Assembly: GCA_030390025.1 (NCBI GenBank) | Contig: CM059432.1 | Location: 118,918,001-118,982,000 of the forward strand | DNA from: Squalus acanthias | Taxonomy: Eukaryota | Direction: 5' to 3' | Length of the DNA stretch: 64,000 nucleotides | Notes under the pieces: generated by a model | What the model was told of the DNA's origin: nothing | Seen by the model: only the letters and a program-made list of their open reading frames with translations | Database searches by the model: none | In this document: positions 27,069-39,263 of the stretch, piece by piece | Layout: the number at the start of each line of letters is the position of its first letter | Position numbering within the stretch: position 1 is the stretch's first letter | Program-made: the position numbers and the translations under genes

Positions 27069-27677
27069 AGCCTGGATGTGCTTTCCTTACTGATGCAATC
27101 TGGGCCTGGAACAGTTGCGGTGCAGTAGGATTTTGTCTTCCTACATAAGGCTTGAAGGTTTCTTTGTGGTTTCCAGGTAGCTGGAGGGACCCAACATATC
27201 TGCTGCAATCTGTGGGGGAGAGATTGGAGATGGGTTGGGTAACATATTCTTGTGCTTATGATGGCGATCCTGCTGAGAGCAGCACCAGTGTGTTCCTCCT
27301 TTCTGTTCCCGACTGTATTTCAGTTTCTGTGCGGGCTGATTAGCTGTGGAGCTGTTTGCTGTTTCTGGGCCTGAGCTTGTGTGGCCACTCACGGGACTGA
27401 TATCAGAGGTGGTGGGGGAGGGACGCTACCTTCAGCTGCATATAGTGACACCACTATTCGTAGCCAGGACGGAGCTGATTGGGTAATTCCCCCGTCAATC
27501 ACGCCTGGGGCCCGCACTGCTGTAAGTGACTGGGACTTAATTTGTGTTATGTAACCATCCTCAACTCGCTGCATTTTTCTGGAGAAATCACCCTGCTTTT
27601 ATCGGGAGAAGTTGCTGCAGTTTCGGTCATGAGTTCTGTTTGCTGCAATTGACAGAGACTCCTTTTAAATAGACAAT

Positions 27678-28421
27678 GGCCCAGAAATTGATCTCGCTCT
27701 GTTCCCGCGGGGGTAAGCCTTCCCCGCGATGTCTCACCTCGCTTATGCTTTTTCTGATCCAGCTCGCACGAACTTGATGTTCTAGACATCAGCTGTGCTG
27801 GGCTTGCGTATCCCACCGGCGTAGTGAATTCGTGCGAGCTGTGGGATCATGTGACTCAGTTAGAGCCAATGGCAGCACACCATCTTCCATTCATAAGTCT
27901 CACAGCATGGCTGTGAGACTTATGAATCTTACACCCCCCCAAAATAACAGCTAAACCTCAATTAAATTTAAAAAAAAAACCATCACATTAATAAAATAAG
28001 TATAGTTAATTAAATTAACCATTTTAAATAAAAAATTAAATTTTTGAAAAAATTTAAAATCTTTTAAAAAGTTATAAAAATAAACTTACCTGTCTTTAAA
28101 GTCTATAAAAAAGATATACCTGTAAAAAAAAATTCAAAAAAATACTTAATTCACTACTTACCTTCTTAAAAGCGGGTCTTACTCCTCCTTTTTACATTTC
28201 CAAAATCTTCCCTACTTACCTGCGCGTCCAAAGCATGAAGTGCACAGCGTGCGCGCAGCCTGTAGCGCGCACGCGATGCACCCAGGCCCCGCCCCCTTTT
28301 CGGAAGAGCAATTGCCGGTTTTCAGCGCATGCGCAGGGCATGCAGAAAACCGGCAATTGGAGTGGGAATACGCGAGAGTACGCAATGCGTACTCTCGCGT
28401 CCCGGGATCAATTTTCGGCCC
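27678..28421 (-). mobile_element. Harbinger-type MITE (744 bp), inverted sister of 18948-19689
   Basis: TIRs GGCCCAGAAATTGATC / GATCAATTTTCGGCCC, AAT TSD. Confidence 0.9.
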
Positions 28422-28963
28422 AATGTAAATAGACTTTATTTGCTGTAAAATAGACTTTTCGCTGTAAATCGTCCCAACCTCAAACGCATTGGCTGACACA
28501 GTGAAACTCCTTGGCTGACACAGTGGTGTCAATAGACACTCTGTATACTACATGTAATTGATGTTATGCACGCAGTAAGGAAGTAATTTACAACACGAAT
28601 ATTGAATAGGTAACACCTTTGCAGCTTCACTCATACATATTCAAATACTGGCAGCTGATCAGCTTGAAATGTACCCTCATTTGCCGGTTGATTTCAATTG
28701 ATCATATAATTGTTTACAGCATTGTTTAGTTAATGGGTCGTACGACCCCTCCGGGTGCGTACGAGGTGCGCACGTGCCCGTAGGGACCGCACAAGTGCCG
28801 GGTTTAGGCATGTGAAGCGCAGGCGCTGAAACCCGGAACTTGCGATCTGTCAAGAATCCTCCGCATCCCCGCGAAAAGGGCCTCGGCGGGTGGAGAGTTG
28901 CGCTATTTGCCCAACTTCCGCCCGCCGAAAGGCCGTGGAATTCTTACGCCTGGTAAAGCATAA

Positions 28964-29858
28964 GGGGAAAAAATTCAGTTGGTGGTGCCTCCTGTTAGCG
29001 CCTTAAGAGGGCGCTAATGGGGCGCAAAGCAACTAGCACCCGGGTGCGGCGATGTTTGCGCCGCTGGTGAAATTAACTAGACATTTTGCGGCGGCGCTAA
29101 ACACTACCGCCACGATCTCCTGCGCCGGCAGATCGTGACGTCAGTCGAGTGCGCAACACCCCGGTAGCGCCCCGGAGCAGATATTGAGTGGCGCCCCCTG
29201 CCTTACCGCCTGCCGCTAGCAACAACAGGTTGAGGGGAGCGTTTTGCAGTCAGCAAGTGACTGGGGGAGAGCTATTTAAAGGCGACCGCTTCCTGCCTTT
29301 TTTTGTTGGTGACATTTTTGAACCACGCATTCTGAGAGAGAGAGAGAGAGAGACTTCTGGAGAGATTCAACGCTGTGTGAAGGAGTTTTGGGTACTGAGC
29401 AACACTTTGCAGGTTCATTTTGATTTGCCCTTCCTTGTATCGATTTAGAAGAGACTGTGGGGGCAGCACTCTGAGCTCTTTCCCTGGTCCTCTCCATTGT
29501 TCTTTCCAGCAGATTTGATGTACAGGTCTCTCCAGGCCGAGATTCAAGGCTGCAATGAGCAGGATGTGGATGGAAAGCAAGATCAACCCTCCCCTTTAAG
29601 AACTGGCCGGCGCCATTGTGTCTGTGTTCCATTGCTGACTGACAGCACATGAGCTTCGCCAGCGCTCTGAGTTAGCGCCTCGCTCCTCGGCCTTTGCGCC
29701 TTAAGACAGATGTGTAGCGCCTGATTTAGCGCTCCAATCACCTCCAGGGGCAATAAAAGTCAAGTTTGCAGTCGGAGGCGATAATTAGCGCCAGGCGCTA
29801 ATCTTTTCGCCCAGCCGATAATTGTGCCCCAAACGGGGCGATACTGAATTTTTCCCCC
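28964..29858. mobile_element. Harbinger internal-deletion derivative (895 bp), copy 1
   Basis: TIR GGGGAAAAAATTCAG / CTGAATTTTTCCCCC, TAA TSD. Confidence 0.88.
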
Positions 29859-29961
29859 TAAGAGTTTTAAAAATTAGAAAAATAAAATGTTATCACTCAC
29901 TTCTACATTAAAAACCCTGTCTAGTAAGCTAAGTTTATTTTTAGCCCCGTTAAAACATATA

Positions 29962-30857
29962 GGGGTAAAAATTCAGTTGGTTGCGCCTCCCGTTAGCGCC
30001 TTAAGAGGGCGCTAATGGGGCGCAAAGCCGCTAACACCCGGGCGCAGCGATGTTTGCGCCGCTCGGGAACTTAACTAGAGATTGTGCGGCGGCGCTAAAA
30101 CTTACCGCTGCGACCACCTGCGCGCGCAGATTGTGACGTCATTCCATGGTGCAACGCCCTTGTGGCGCCCCGGCGTGGAAATTGAGTGGCGCCCCCTGCC
30201 TTACCGCCTGGCGCTTCCAACGACCAGAAGACTGGAACGCTATCAATCGCTGTGGGGCTGGGGGGGGGGCCGCTAATTAAAGGGGGCCTCTTCCTGTCTT
30301 TTATTGTTGGTGGCATTTTTGAACTACGCATTCTGAGAGAGAGAGGGAGAGACTTCTGGAGAGATTCAACGTTGTGTGAAGGAGTTTTGGGTACTGAGCA
30401 GCACTTTGCAGGTTCATTTTGATTTGCCATTCCTTGTATCGATTTAGCAGAGACTGTGGGAGCTGCACTCTGAGCTCTTTGCCTGGTACTCTCCATTGTT
30501 CTTTCCAGCACATTTGATGTGCAAGTCTCTCCAGGCCGAGATTCAAGGCTGCAATGAACAGGATGTGGATGGAAAGCAAGATTAACCATCCCCTTTAAGA
30601 ACTGGCCCGTGCCATTGTGTGTGTGTTCCATTGCTGACTGACATTACATGAGCTTCGCCAGCGCTCTGAGTTAGCGCCTCACTGCTCGGCCTTTGCGCCT
30701 TAAGACAGGTGTGCAGCGCCTGCTTTAGCGCTCCACTCACCTCCCGGGGCGGTAAAAGTGAAGTTTCCAGTCAGTGCCGATAATTAGCGCCAGGCGCTAA
30801 TATTTGCGTCCAGACGATATTTGCGCCCCAAATGGGGCGCGACCTAATTTCTACCCC
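29962..30857. mobile_element. Harbinger internal-deletion derivative (896 bp), copy 2
   Basis: TIR GGGGTAAAAATT / AATTTCTACCCC, ATA TSD. Collinear with 28964-29858. Confidence 0.88.
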
Positions 30858-31814
30858 ATACATTTTTTCTTCAAAAAATTTAAATTTTTGTTTAAATATT
30901 TAATTAAATACCACTTTAATTAATTTTATATATGTAATTAAAAAAAAATATTTGATGTGTTGTGTATTTTTTAAATCATCTCCATTCATACTTTTGACAG
31001 TTCCGTACGTACAGAACTGTCAACTGTATGAATGGGGATTCCCTTCTTTCATTGGTTGGACTGGCCCATGTGATCCCAGGGGTGCTTGCGAACCGCCTGC
31101 GCCCCTGGGATAGGTGGGCCTCTCGGCATTTCTATCAGGAGAGGTCCAGGATCGCAAGCCTCCGTATCTCCCGGACCACCAGGTAAATGCGTAGAAAATG
31201 TGATGATTAGAGGCATCCGCCCGCGGGAAGCCTCCGATCACAAATTCAGGCCCAATATTTTGAAAAGAGCCACATTTTTATTATATGAATCAGACCAATT
31301 GGACCATGTAACCAGCACCCTCTCCCCATCTTAAGTGACCCAAAATAAAATATTCATATTCTCCTCATGTCATTGTGCCCACCAAAGAATCTAAGTAAAT
31401 AGAACCTCATTAATATAAACCCTGTTATTACAAATATCTTGTTAGCCAGTGAAGGAAACTTTCAACTTGTGTCACTGGTCCCCACAAGTTTGTAACGATG
31501 AGTGTTGCAAGTGAAGTGGAAAGGAACTGTTAATGAAGTAGCGTGGGCACTAGTGCCATAAATGTTGCTGTTGATTCCCCAGGCTCTGCTGGGACATTAG
31601 TCAGGTGTACCCAGTGTTGAATACAGTCTGGATTCAGGCTATCTCTCCACAGGTTGACAGGAAAATGGTGCGTGGCTTGTGGAGAATCTAAGCAAAAGAA
31701 TGAAAATACCCAAAGGACATGGATGTCTATTCTGTACTATACTGATCCATATTTTTTAATGCTGAACAGCCAATATAATTACTGTGACAGTGAGGCAAGC
31801 ACTGTTTGCCATCT

Positions 31815-31977
31815 GGCAGCATCTGTGGAGAGAGAAACAGAGTTAACTTTTTGTCATCGACCTGAAACGTTAACTCTGTTTCTGTCTCCACAGATGCTGC
31901 CTGGCCTGCTGAGTATTTCCAGCATTTTCTGTTTCTGTTTCAGATTTCCAGCGTCCGCTGTATTTTGATTTTGTATT
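31815..31977 (+). mobile_element. Short fold-back Penelope-like insertion
   Basis: Inverted arms; TSD ACTGTTTGCCATCT (31801-14) / ACTGTTTGCAATCT (31978-91). Confidence 0.85.
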
Positions 31978-32758
31978 ACTGTTTGCAATCTCCTGTTTTC
32001 TCTCCACATCCTGAGATGTAATATTCATTCTATGGGCCTCAAAGGATTAAAGGACTGGGTGATTCAAAGCAGCGAATTACACTCAAGCAGCTGAGCTACC
32101 CAACGCTTGAATGTAAGCAGAGATTTAAGACAATTTTAAAAATAGAAATGAGGAACAATCGATTAATAGTGGTTGCAATGATAATGTATATGATTGCATT
32201 TTATCAGATGAAGTCTTTGAGTCTGTGTCTTAGGTCATTAATTGGTTCAGATTAGACAACTGCTATTGAATTTTTCTACGAAACGATTAATGGAGTTAGT
32301 ATTATTAGCTGGTTAGTGTGGTCTGATTGGGAATTGCTTTGGGTGATTGCACTAAGCAGATTCCACTGCATTTTGACAATATCATTGTGACATTATCTGA
32401 TTCATTTAACCCACAGACAGTGGGGGGAATCAATAGAAAGAGCTATATAACCACTGAATTTGTTTTATTTAAATACTGGAAAATATGGGACAAATGCCTT
32501 TAAGATGAGAGAGAATAGGAATTATGAACTCTGCAAGTAGTATGTTGGCAAATGAGAACAGGGTGAATGCCTGATGGAATTAGCCTTTGGTCCATTCTTT
32601 CAGTTATCCAGCATCTCCTCAGTTTGGTAAAGCTTCAGTATTGCTTCAGTATTAGATCAAAGCTGTTTGATCACTGGCCAACACACACGCCTTGGTTAAC
32701 TTTGAAGAATTTTAGTTAGGAGGCTTATGTGAATCAGTATTTTTCTTTCTCCCATTAG

Positions 32759-32987
32759 ATCTACTTGAGATTTCTTGACTACGAGATGGCGAATTCAAAT
32801 GAGTGCAAGCGCAATTTTGTGGCAATCTATGATGGAAGCAGCGCGGTGGAGGACCTGAAAGCCAAGTTCTGCAGCACCGTGGCCAATGACTTGATGCTTC
32901 GCACAGGGCTTGGCGTCATTCGCATGTGGGCTGATGAGGGCAGTCGGAGCAGTCACTTCCAGATGCTTTTCACATCCTTTCAAGAAC
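32759..32987 (+). CDS. NETO1: NETO1 internal coding exon (C-terminal part of second CUB domain), 229 nt, phase 0 to 1
   Basis: Pyrimidine tract + AG at 32757-58 and GTAAG donor at 32988. Translates [76 protein letters not shown], which closely matches vertebrate NETO1 as recalled. Confidence 0.95.
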
Positions 32988-33877
32988 GTAAGCTTTAAAA
33001 GCAATATTTGGATGTTTTTTTATCTCTTGGAATTGGCACTATTAGGCCACATTGTGCATGGGTAACACAGGTTTCCTACTGGGACCAAGGCATCAAAAAA
33101 ATCCCCTAATGTATAATGCCGTGTGTGCCTGACATTCTAATCTCACACAGAAAAGCTGAAGTAATATAAATATTGAATTCCACAACAAGTGCGACTTTTT
33201 GACAATCTTAACTGTTTTAATACTTAAATTTGCCCATTTCTTTATTTAAATTGTAGCTCTAAGTATCAGCATTCAACCAGTTATTATTACTACAATCTAC
33301 CTCAATGAAATTTGACAATAATTCAAAAGAAGGGGTTCCAATTCTACATAGATCATTGGTCAGACCACATGTGTAATTTTGGGCATCACACCTTCAAAAA
33401 GACACTGATGTGCTGGAGCGTTGAGTGAAGAGTGACATTGGCCCAGATTTTGTTTGGAAAGTAATGGCAGGTTAAATGTGCAGGTTGTTATTAGTGTGTT
33501 AAAAAAAACTTTAAAAAAAGCAATTTGAGATACCCCGTGAGTTGCGAATTGCCACAAATTGTAGGACGATTTGTGCCGTTCCACCATTAGCCTCACAAAA
33601 GTGGTGGCTCACCCCCAATCTCCCCATGAGCGCCAAGAAATTGCTGCATTCACACAGTAAATACGAATTAAACTCACCACAGAATGTGAGGGCTGTTATT
33701 TAAAGATGTAAGGACCATTAAATGACGAGATTTATGTTCCTGCAATGCCACTCAAGCTCTCTGGCCCAGAAAGGGAACAATTCAAACTGTGGCGCCTCAT
33801 TCCTGAAGGTAGTAAATTGCTCCTAAAGGTTTTTTAAATTTGAATTTTTTTTTTCTTAATTATCCTTTCTGTCTCGC

Positions 33878-35128
33878 GAGAATGAGGAACTGAAAGAAAT
33901 TAGTATTAGTAAAAAAAATAGTACTGGAGAAATTAATGGGACCGAAAGCCGATAAATCCCCTGGACCTGATGGCCTACATCCTAGGGTTTTAAAAGAGGT
34001 GGCTATAGAGATAGTGGATGCATTGGTTGTCATTTTCCAAAATTCCATAGATTCTAGAACAGTTCCCGCAGACTGGAAGGTAGCAAATGTAACCCCACTA
34101 TTTAAGAAAGGAGGGAGAGAGAAAACGGGGAACTACAGACCAGTTAGCCTGACATCAGTAGTAGGGAAAATGCTAGAATCTATAATTAAGGACTTGGTAA
34201 CAGGGCACTTAGAAAATAATAATAGGATTGGGCAGAGTCAACACGGATTTATGAAAGGGAAATCATGTTTGACGAATCTGTTAAGAGTTTTTTGACGTTG
34301 TAACTAGCAGTATAGATAAGGGGGAACCAGTGGATGCGGTGTATTTGGATTTTCAGAAGGCATTCAATAAGGTGCCACACAAGAGGTTATTAAACAAAAT
34401 TAGGGCTCATGTGATTGGGGGTAATATACTAGCATGGATTGAATATTGGTTGATGGACAGAAAACAGATAGTAGGAATAAACGGGTCATTTTCAGGTTGG
34501 CAGGCTGTAACTTGTGGGATAACGCAAGGATTAGTGCTTGGGCCTCAGCTATTCACAATCTATATCAATGATTTGGATGAGGGTACCAAATGTAATATAT
34601 CCAAGTTTGCTGATGATACAAAGCTAGGTGGGAATGTAAGTTGTGATAGGGGGATGAGGGGATTGTCCTATGAGGAGAGATTGAGTAGACTAGGCCTATA
34701 TTCTCTAGAGTTTAGAAGAATGAGAGGTGATCTCATTGAAACATACAACATTCTTACAGGGCTTGACACGGTAGATGCAGGGAGGATGTTTCCGTTGGCT
34801 GGGGAGTCTAGAACCGGGGGTCACAGTCTCAGAATAAGGGGTCGGCCATTTAGGACTGAGATGAGGAGAAATTTCTTCACTCAGAGGGTGGTGAATCTTT
34901 GGAATTCTCTACCCCAGAGGGCTGTGGAGGCTCAGTCGTTGAGTATATTCAAGACAGAGATCGATAGATTTTTGGATATTAAGGGAATCAAGGGATATGG
35001 GTATAGTGCAGGAAAGTGGAGTTGAGGTAGAAGATCAGCCATGATATTATTGAATGGCGGAGCAGGCTCGAGGGGCCAAATGGCCTACTCCTGCATCTAT
35101 TTGTTATGTTCTTATGTTCTTATGTTCT
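33878..35128 (+). mobile_element. CR1 RT-3' fragment with internal deletion near 34648
   Basis: KSPGPDGLHPRVLKE..NYRPVSLTS; YLDFQKAF..SKFADDTKLGG joined directly to MRGLSYEERL; (TTCTTATG)n tail. Confidence 0.92.
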
Positions 35129-36039
35129 TTTCTCTCTCTCTTATTCCAATCTTTCTTTCCCTCTCTTTATTTCTCTTTATGTATCTAATTTGACTCTCCT
35201 TCACACTATTTCCTTCTCTGTCATTCCTCTGTTTCTTTCGCTATCCTTAAATTTCATCAGTTAAGGAGATAGACTCTTATTCCTGTCGTTCACCAATCTT
35301 CCAAATGCCCCGTTATCAACTCACAATTCCAGAAATTTGTGGCACAAAAATTGTGGAAGAGTGAGGAAAAAAAATCCAATTTTTGGTCGCGTGGCAAAAT
35401 GCCCAGCTCCTGCTAATTAAAAGATTAGATCATAGTCTTTCTGATGTTGGTATATTCTAGACCGATATGGATAGAAGTTTTTAAATGGACTCAAATGGAA
35501 GTGTGCTGCTTGCACCCAATTCTCTGAGGTCACCTCATTAGCATACTTTTACGAGCAGATTTGAATAGGTACAGACAGCATGTGAAGAAAGCGATAATGG
35601 GTATGTCACAGTAGGGTGACAAAAATTCTGAAAGCCTTTTGTTAAGTCTCAAAAGGCATCGCAACCCATCAGTGCCTTTACCAAGGCTGAAGGGTTAGGG
35701 ACTAAGTAGCGACAGGCAAAAATGAAGGGAAAGGAAACCTAAGCTGTAGGCAAATGTCTGCAGGCAAGTGACAAAGCTGCCCAGCACTCCCTGTTTTATG
35801 GCTGCTGAAGTGAAGGTGGTGTTGCATGATGTGGTTGCAAGAAAAACTTCAGCCTTGTCTCTTGCACCCACATGCTGGGCTCTGCCATGGTTCAGCATAG
35901 AGAGTGTCTCATTGTTCACCATCATTCATCACCACTTTGTTCTGTTCCATTGGTTGTGGGACTGCTTAGCTTTGTGTATAACATGCTCCCGTTCTGTGTT
36001 TAATATACAGATAGTTCTGTGTTGTAGCTTCATTAGATT

Positions 36040-36395
36040 GGTACCTGTATCTAAGGTATGCCTGATTATGCTCTGAGCATATACTCTACACACCCATGGA
36101 ATTGGAGGTCTTCAAACTTGATGGTAATGGAAGAATGAGGGACGTGTTGGCGTACGAGTCTGCAGATTGTGGTAGCATAAGGTTTTGCTGTTGATGGTTC
36201 ACAATGCCTCATGGATGCCCAGTATTAGGCTGCTAGATCTGTCCATAGTTTGCCCACTTAGCAAAGTAGTGTCAAAGTCCTTGTTGCAGTGGTCGCTCTT
36301 ATCAATACTATAGTGGGCATAAATGTGTGTGATAATTAATTTGGTAAAGATGAAGCCAAGTAGGTTACTTCCCTGTGTTGGTTCCCTTACCACAT
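36040..36395 (-). mobile_element. Old family-B LINE endonuclease-region fragment
   Basis: VREPTQGSNLL..DKSDH resembles VREPTRGKNLLDLVLTN encoded at about 51412-51465. Confidence 0.55.
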
Positions 36396-37184
36396 AATAT
36401 TGACAGGCTCCATTATGGCCGTGCGATTCTCCCCATCTGATTTTCCATTATGTGCTCTGCTCAAGCACTAAAGAGAAAAATCTGCACTGAAATCTTTCTT
36501 CAAGAAAAATTTCAAAATAACTTCTCTTTGTCTCTTGCTAGGGCAAAGTTTTCTTCCGGGACAATTTTGCTGCTGGAAGTAGGTTTGTGCAGGAATTCTG
36601 CTGCTCAGACCATGCCATGACTCTGACCCATTTTCCTGGGTCGGGCCACATGAACGATGCAATGTGGGCTCTCAGCAGGATCTCCAGTTCACAGATGGAG
36701 CCCAGCTTTGGCAGCAGGAAAAATACGGTGGTGCTGCATTGGAGCACACTGCAGCACCAGAAGAAGGACCAGCTATATTTAAAGGGGCTCAAGCCACCTG
36801 AAGAAGGCAAACATCTTTGTATCAAATAGTTTGGGAAAAGCCTAACTATAGGCTGCTGGCTTGAGGACTGCTCGCGGGTAGTGGAGGTGGCCAGCAGCAC
36901 GTACTTTCTTTCATTCTGTCGATTTTCCTGTAGCTTCTGTAGCAAGTACCACCATCCCTTTTCTGGTCTCAGTGGGTGTCAACAGTTCAGGGCAAGGAAC
37001 TTGGTTAGTTTCCCTAGTCCTGCCCCTTGCCATCATTTCAATGTGATGGGGCAGTCAAGGGACGGGTGGCCAAGATCCCTACATGGAGGGGAGGAATAAA
37101 TTTGCTAGTGACTTCTAAGAGGCAGGGATCTGGCACTGAGCCTCCCCAATCAATTTTCTCTCCTCCAACGCCACTATAACATCC

Positions 37185-37701
37185 GATGGAATACTCTCCA
37201 CTTGCCTGGATGAGTGCAGCTCCAACAACACTCAGGAAGCTCAACACCATCCAGGACAAAGTAGCCCACTTGATTGGCACCCCAGCCACCACCTTAAACA
37301 TTCACTCCCTGCACCACTGGCGCACCGTTGCTGCAGTGTGTACCATCTACAAAATGCACTGCAGCAACTCGCCAAGGCTTTTTCGGCAGCACCTCCCAAA
37401 CCCACGACCTTTACCACATAGAAGGACAAGGGCAGCAGGCGCATGGGAACACCATTACCTGCAAGTTCCCCTTCAAGTTACACACCATCCTGACTTGGAA
37501 ATACATCGCTGTTCCTTCATTGTTGCTGGATTAAAATCCTGGAACTCCCTCCCTAACAGCACTGTGGGAGTACCTTCACCACAAGTACTGCAGTGGTTCA
37601 AGAAGGAGGCTCACCACCACCTTCTCAAGGGCAGATAGGGATGGGCAATAAATGCTGGCCTTGCCAGCGATGCCCACATCCCAGGAATGAATAAAAAAAA
37701 A
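37185..37701 (+). mobile_element. Family-B LINE 3' end
   Basis: MEYSPLAWMSAAPTTL..WNSLPN and an A tail; matches 2608-3130. Confidence 0.9.
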
Positions 37702-37881
37702 TTTCAGGTGGTATAGTGAAGTAAAGTCCAGGCAGATAAATCAGTCCCACACAACACAGCCAGGTCTGCTGTTAATAGACAGCTCCATTCAAGTTAGATT
37801 ATTGAGCCACATTTAGACAACAGGTCATATGTTTACAGCTAAGCCAAAAGTAGACAGCCATGTTCTATGCAGTTATACTAC

Positions 37882-39263
37882 CCTGACATCAGTTGTAGGG
37901 AAAATGCTAGAATCTATTATTAAGGACGTGGTAACAGGGCACTTAGAAAATAATAATAGGATTGGGCAGAGTCAACACGAATTTATGAAAGGGAAATCAT
38001 GTTTGACGAATCTGTTTAGAGCTTTTTGAGGTTGTAACTAGCAGAATAGATAAGGGGGAACCAGTGGATATGGTGTATTTGGATTTTCAGAAGGCTTTCG
38101 ATAAAGTGCCACACAAGAGGTTATTAAACAAAATTAGGGCTCATGGAATTGGGGGTAATATACTCGCATGGATTGAGGATTGGTTGACGGACAGAAAACA
38201 GAGAGTAGGAATAAGCGGGTCATTCTTTGTTGGCAGGCTGTAACCAGTGGGATACTACAAGGATCAGTGCTTGGGCCTCAGCTATTCACAATCTATATCA
38301 ATGATTTGGATGAGGGGACTAAATGTAATATATCCAAGTTTGCTGATGACAAAGCTAGGTGGGAATGTAAGTTGTGAGGAGGATGAAAAGTGGCTTCAAA
38401 GGGATATAGACAGGCTAAGTGAGTGGGCAAGGACATGGCAAATGGAATATAATGTGGAGAAATGTGAAGTTATCCACTTTGGTAAAAAATAAAAAAGCAG
38501 AGTATTTTTTAAATGGTGAGAGATTGGAAAATGTTGGTGTTCAGAGGGAACTGGGTGTCCTTGTACACGAATCACTGAAAGTTAACATGCAGGTACAGCA
38601 AGCAATTAAGAAAGCAAATGGTATGTTGGCCTTTATTACAAGAGGATTTGAGTATAAGAGTAAAGACATCTCACTGCAATTATATAGGGTCCTGGTGAGA
38701 CAACACCTGGAGTATTTTGTACAGTTTTGGTCTCCTTACCTAAGGAAGGATATACTTGCCATAGAGGTAGTGCAATGAAGGTTCACCAGACTGATTCCTG
38801 GGATGGGGGGATTGTCCTATGAGGAGAGATTGAGTAGACTAGGCCTATATTCTCTGGAGTTTAGAAGAATGAGAGGTGATCTCATTGAAACATACAAAAT
38901 TCTTACAGGGCTTGACAGGGTAGATGCAGGGAGGATGTTTCACCTGGCTGGGGAGTCTAGAACCAGGGGTCACAGTCTCAGAATAAGGGGTCAGCCATTT
39001 AAGACTGAGAATAGGAGAAATTTCTTCACTCAGAGGGCGGTGAATCTTTGGAATTCTCTACCCCAGAGGGCTGTGGAGGCTCAGTCATTGAGTATATTCA
39101 AGACAGAGATCAATAGATTTTTGGATATTAAGGGAATCAAGGGATATGGGGAGAGTGCGGGAAGGTGGAGTTGAGGTAGAAGATCAGCCATGATCTTATT
39201 GAATGGCATAGCAGGCTCGAGGGGCCGAATGGCCTACTCCTGCTCCTATTTCTTATGTTCTTA
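37882..39263 (+). mobile_element. CR1 RT-3' fragment
   Basis: LTSVVGKMLES..SKFADD..LVRQHLEYFVQFWSP..WNSLPQ; TTCTTATG tail. Confidence 0.92.

Larger units (their letters stand above)
28735..31253. mobile_element. Harbinger-type MITE hosting two nested MITEs
   Basis: AAT on both flanks, right TIR CAAATTCAGGCCC (left TIR eroded). Same GC-AT-hairpin-GC layout as the 15353 and 18948 elements. Confidence 0.65.

Noticed and set aside
33440..35410. Old MITE split by the CR1 at 33878
   Set aside because: A left TIR-like GGCCCAGATTTTG is visible, but no convincing right TIR or TSD.
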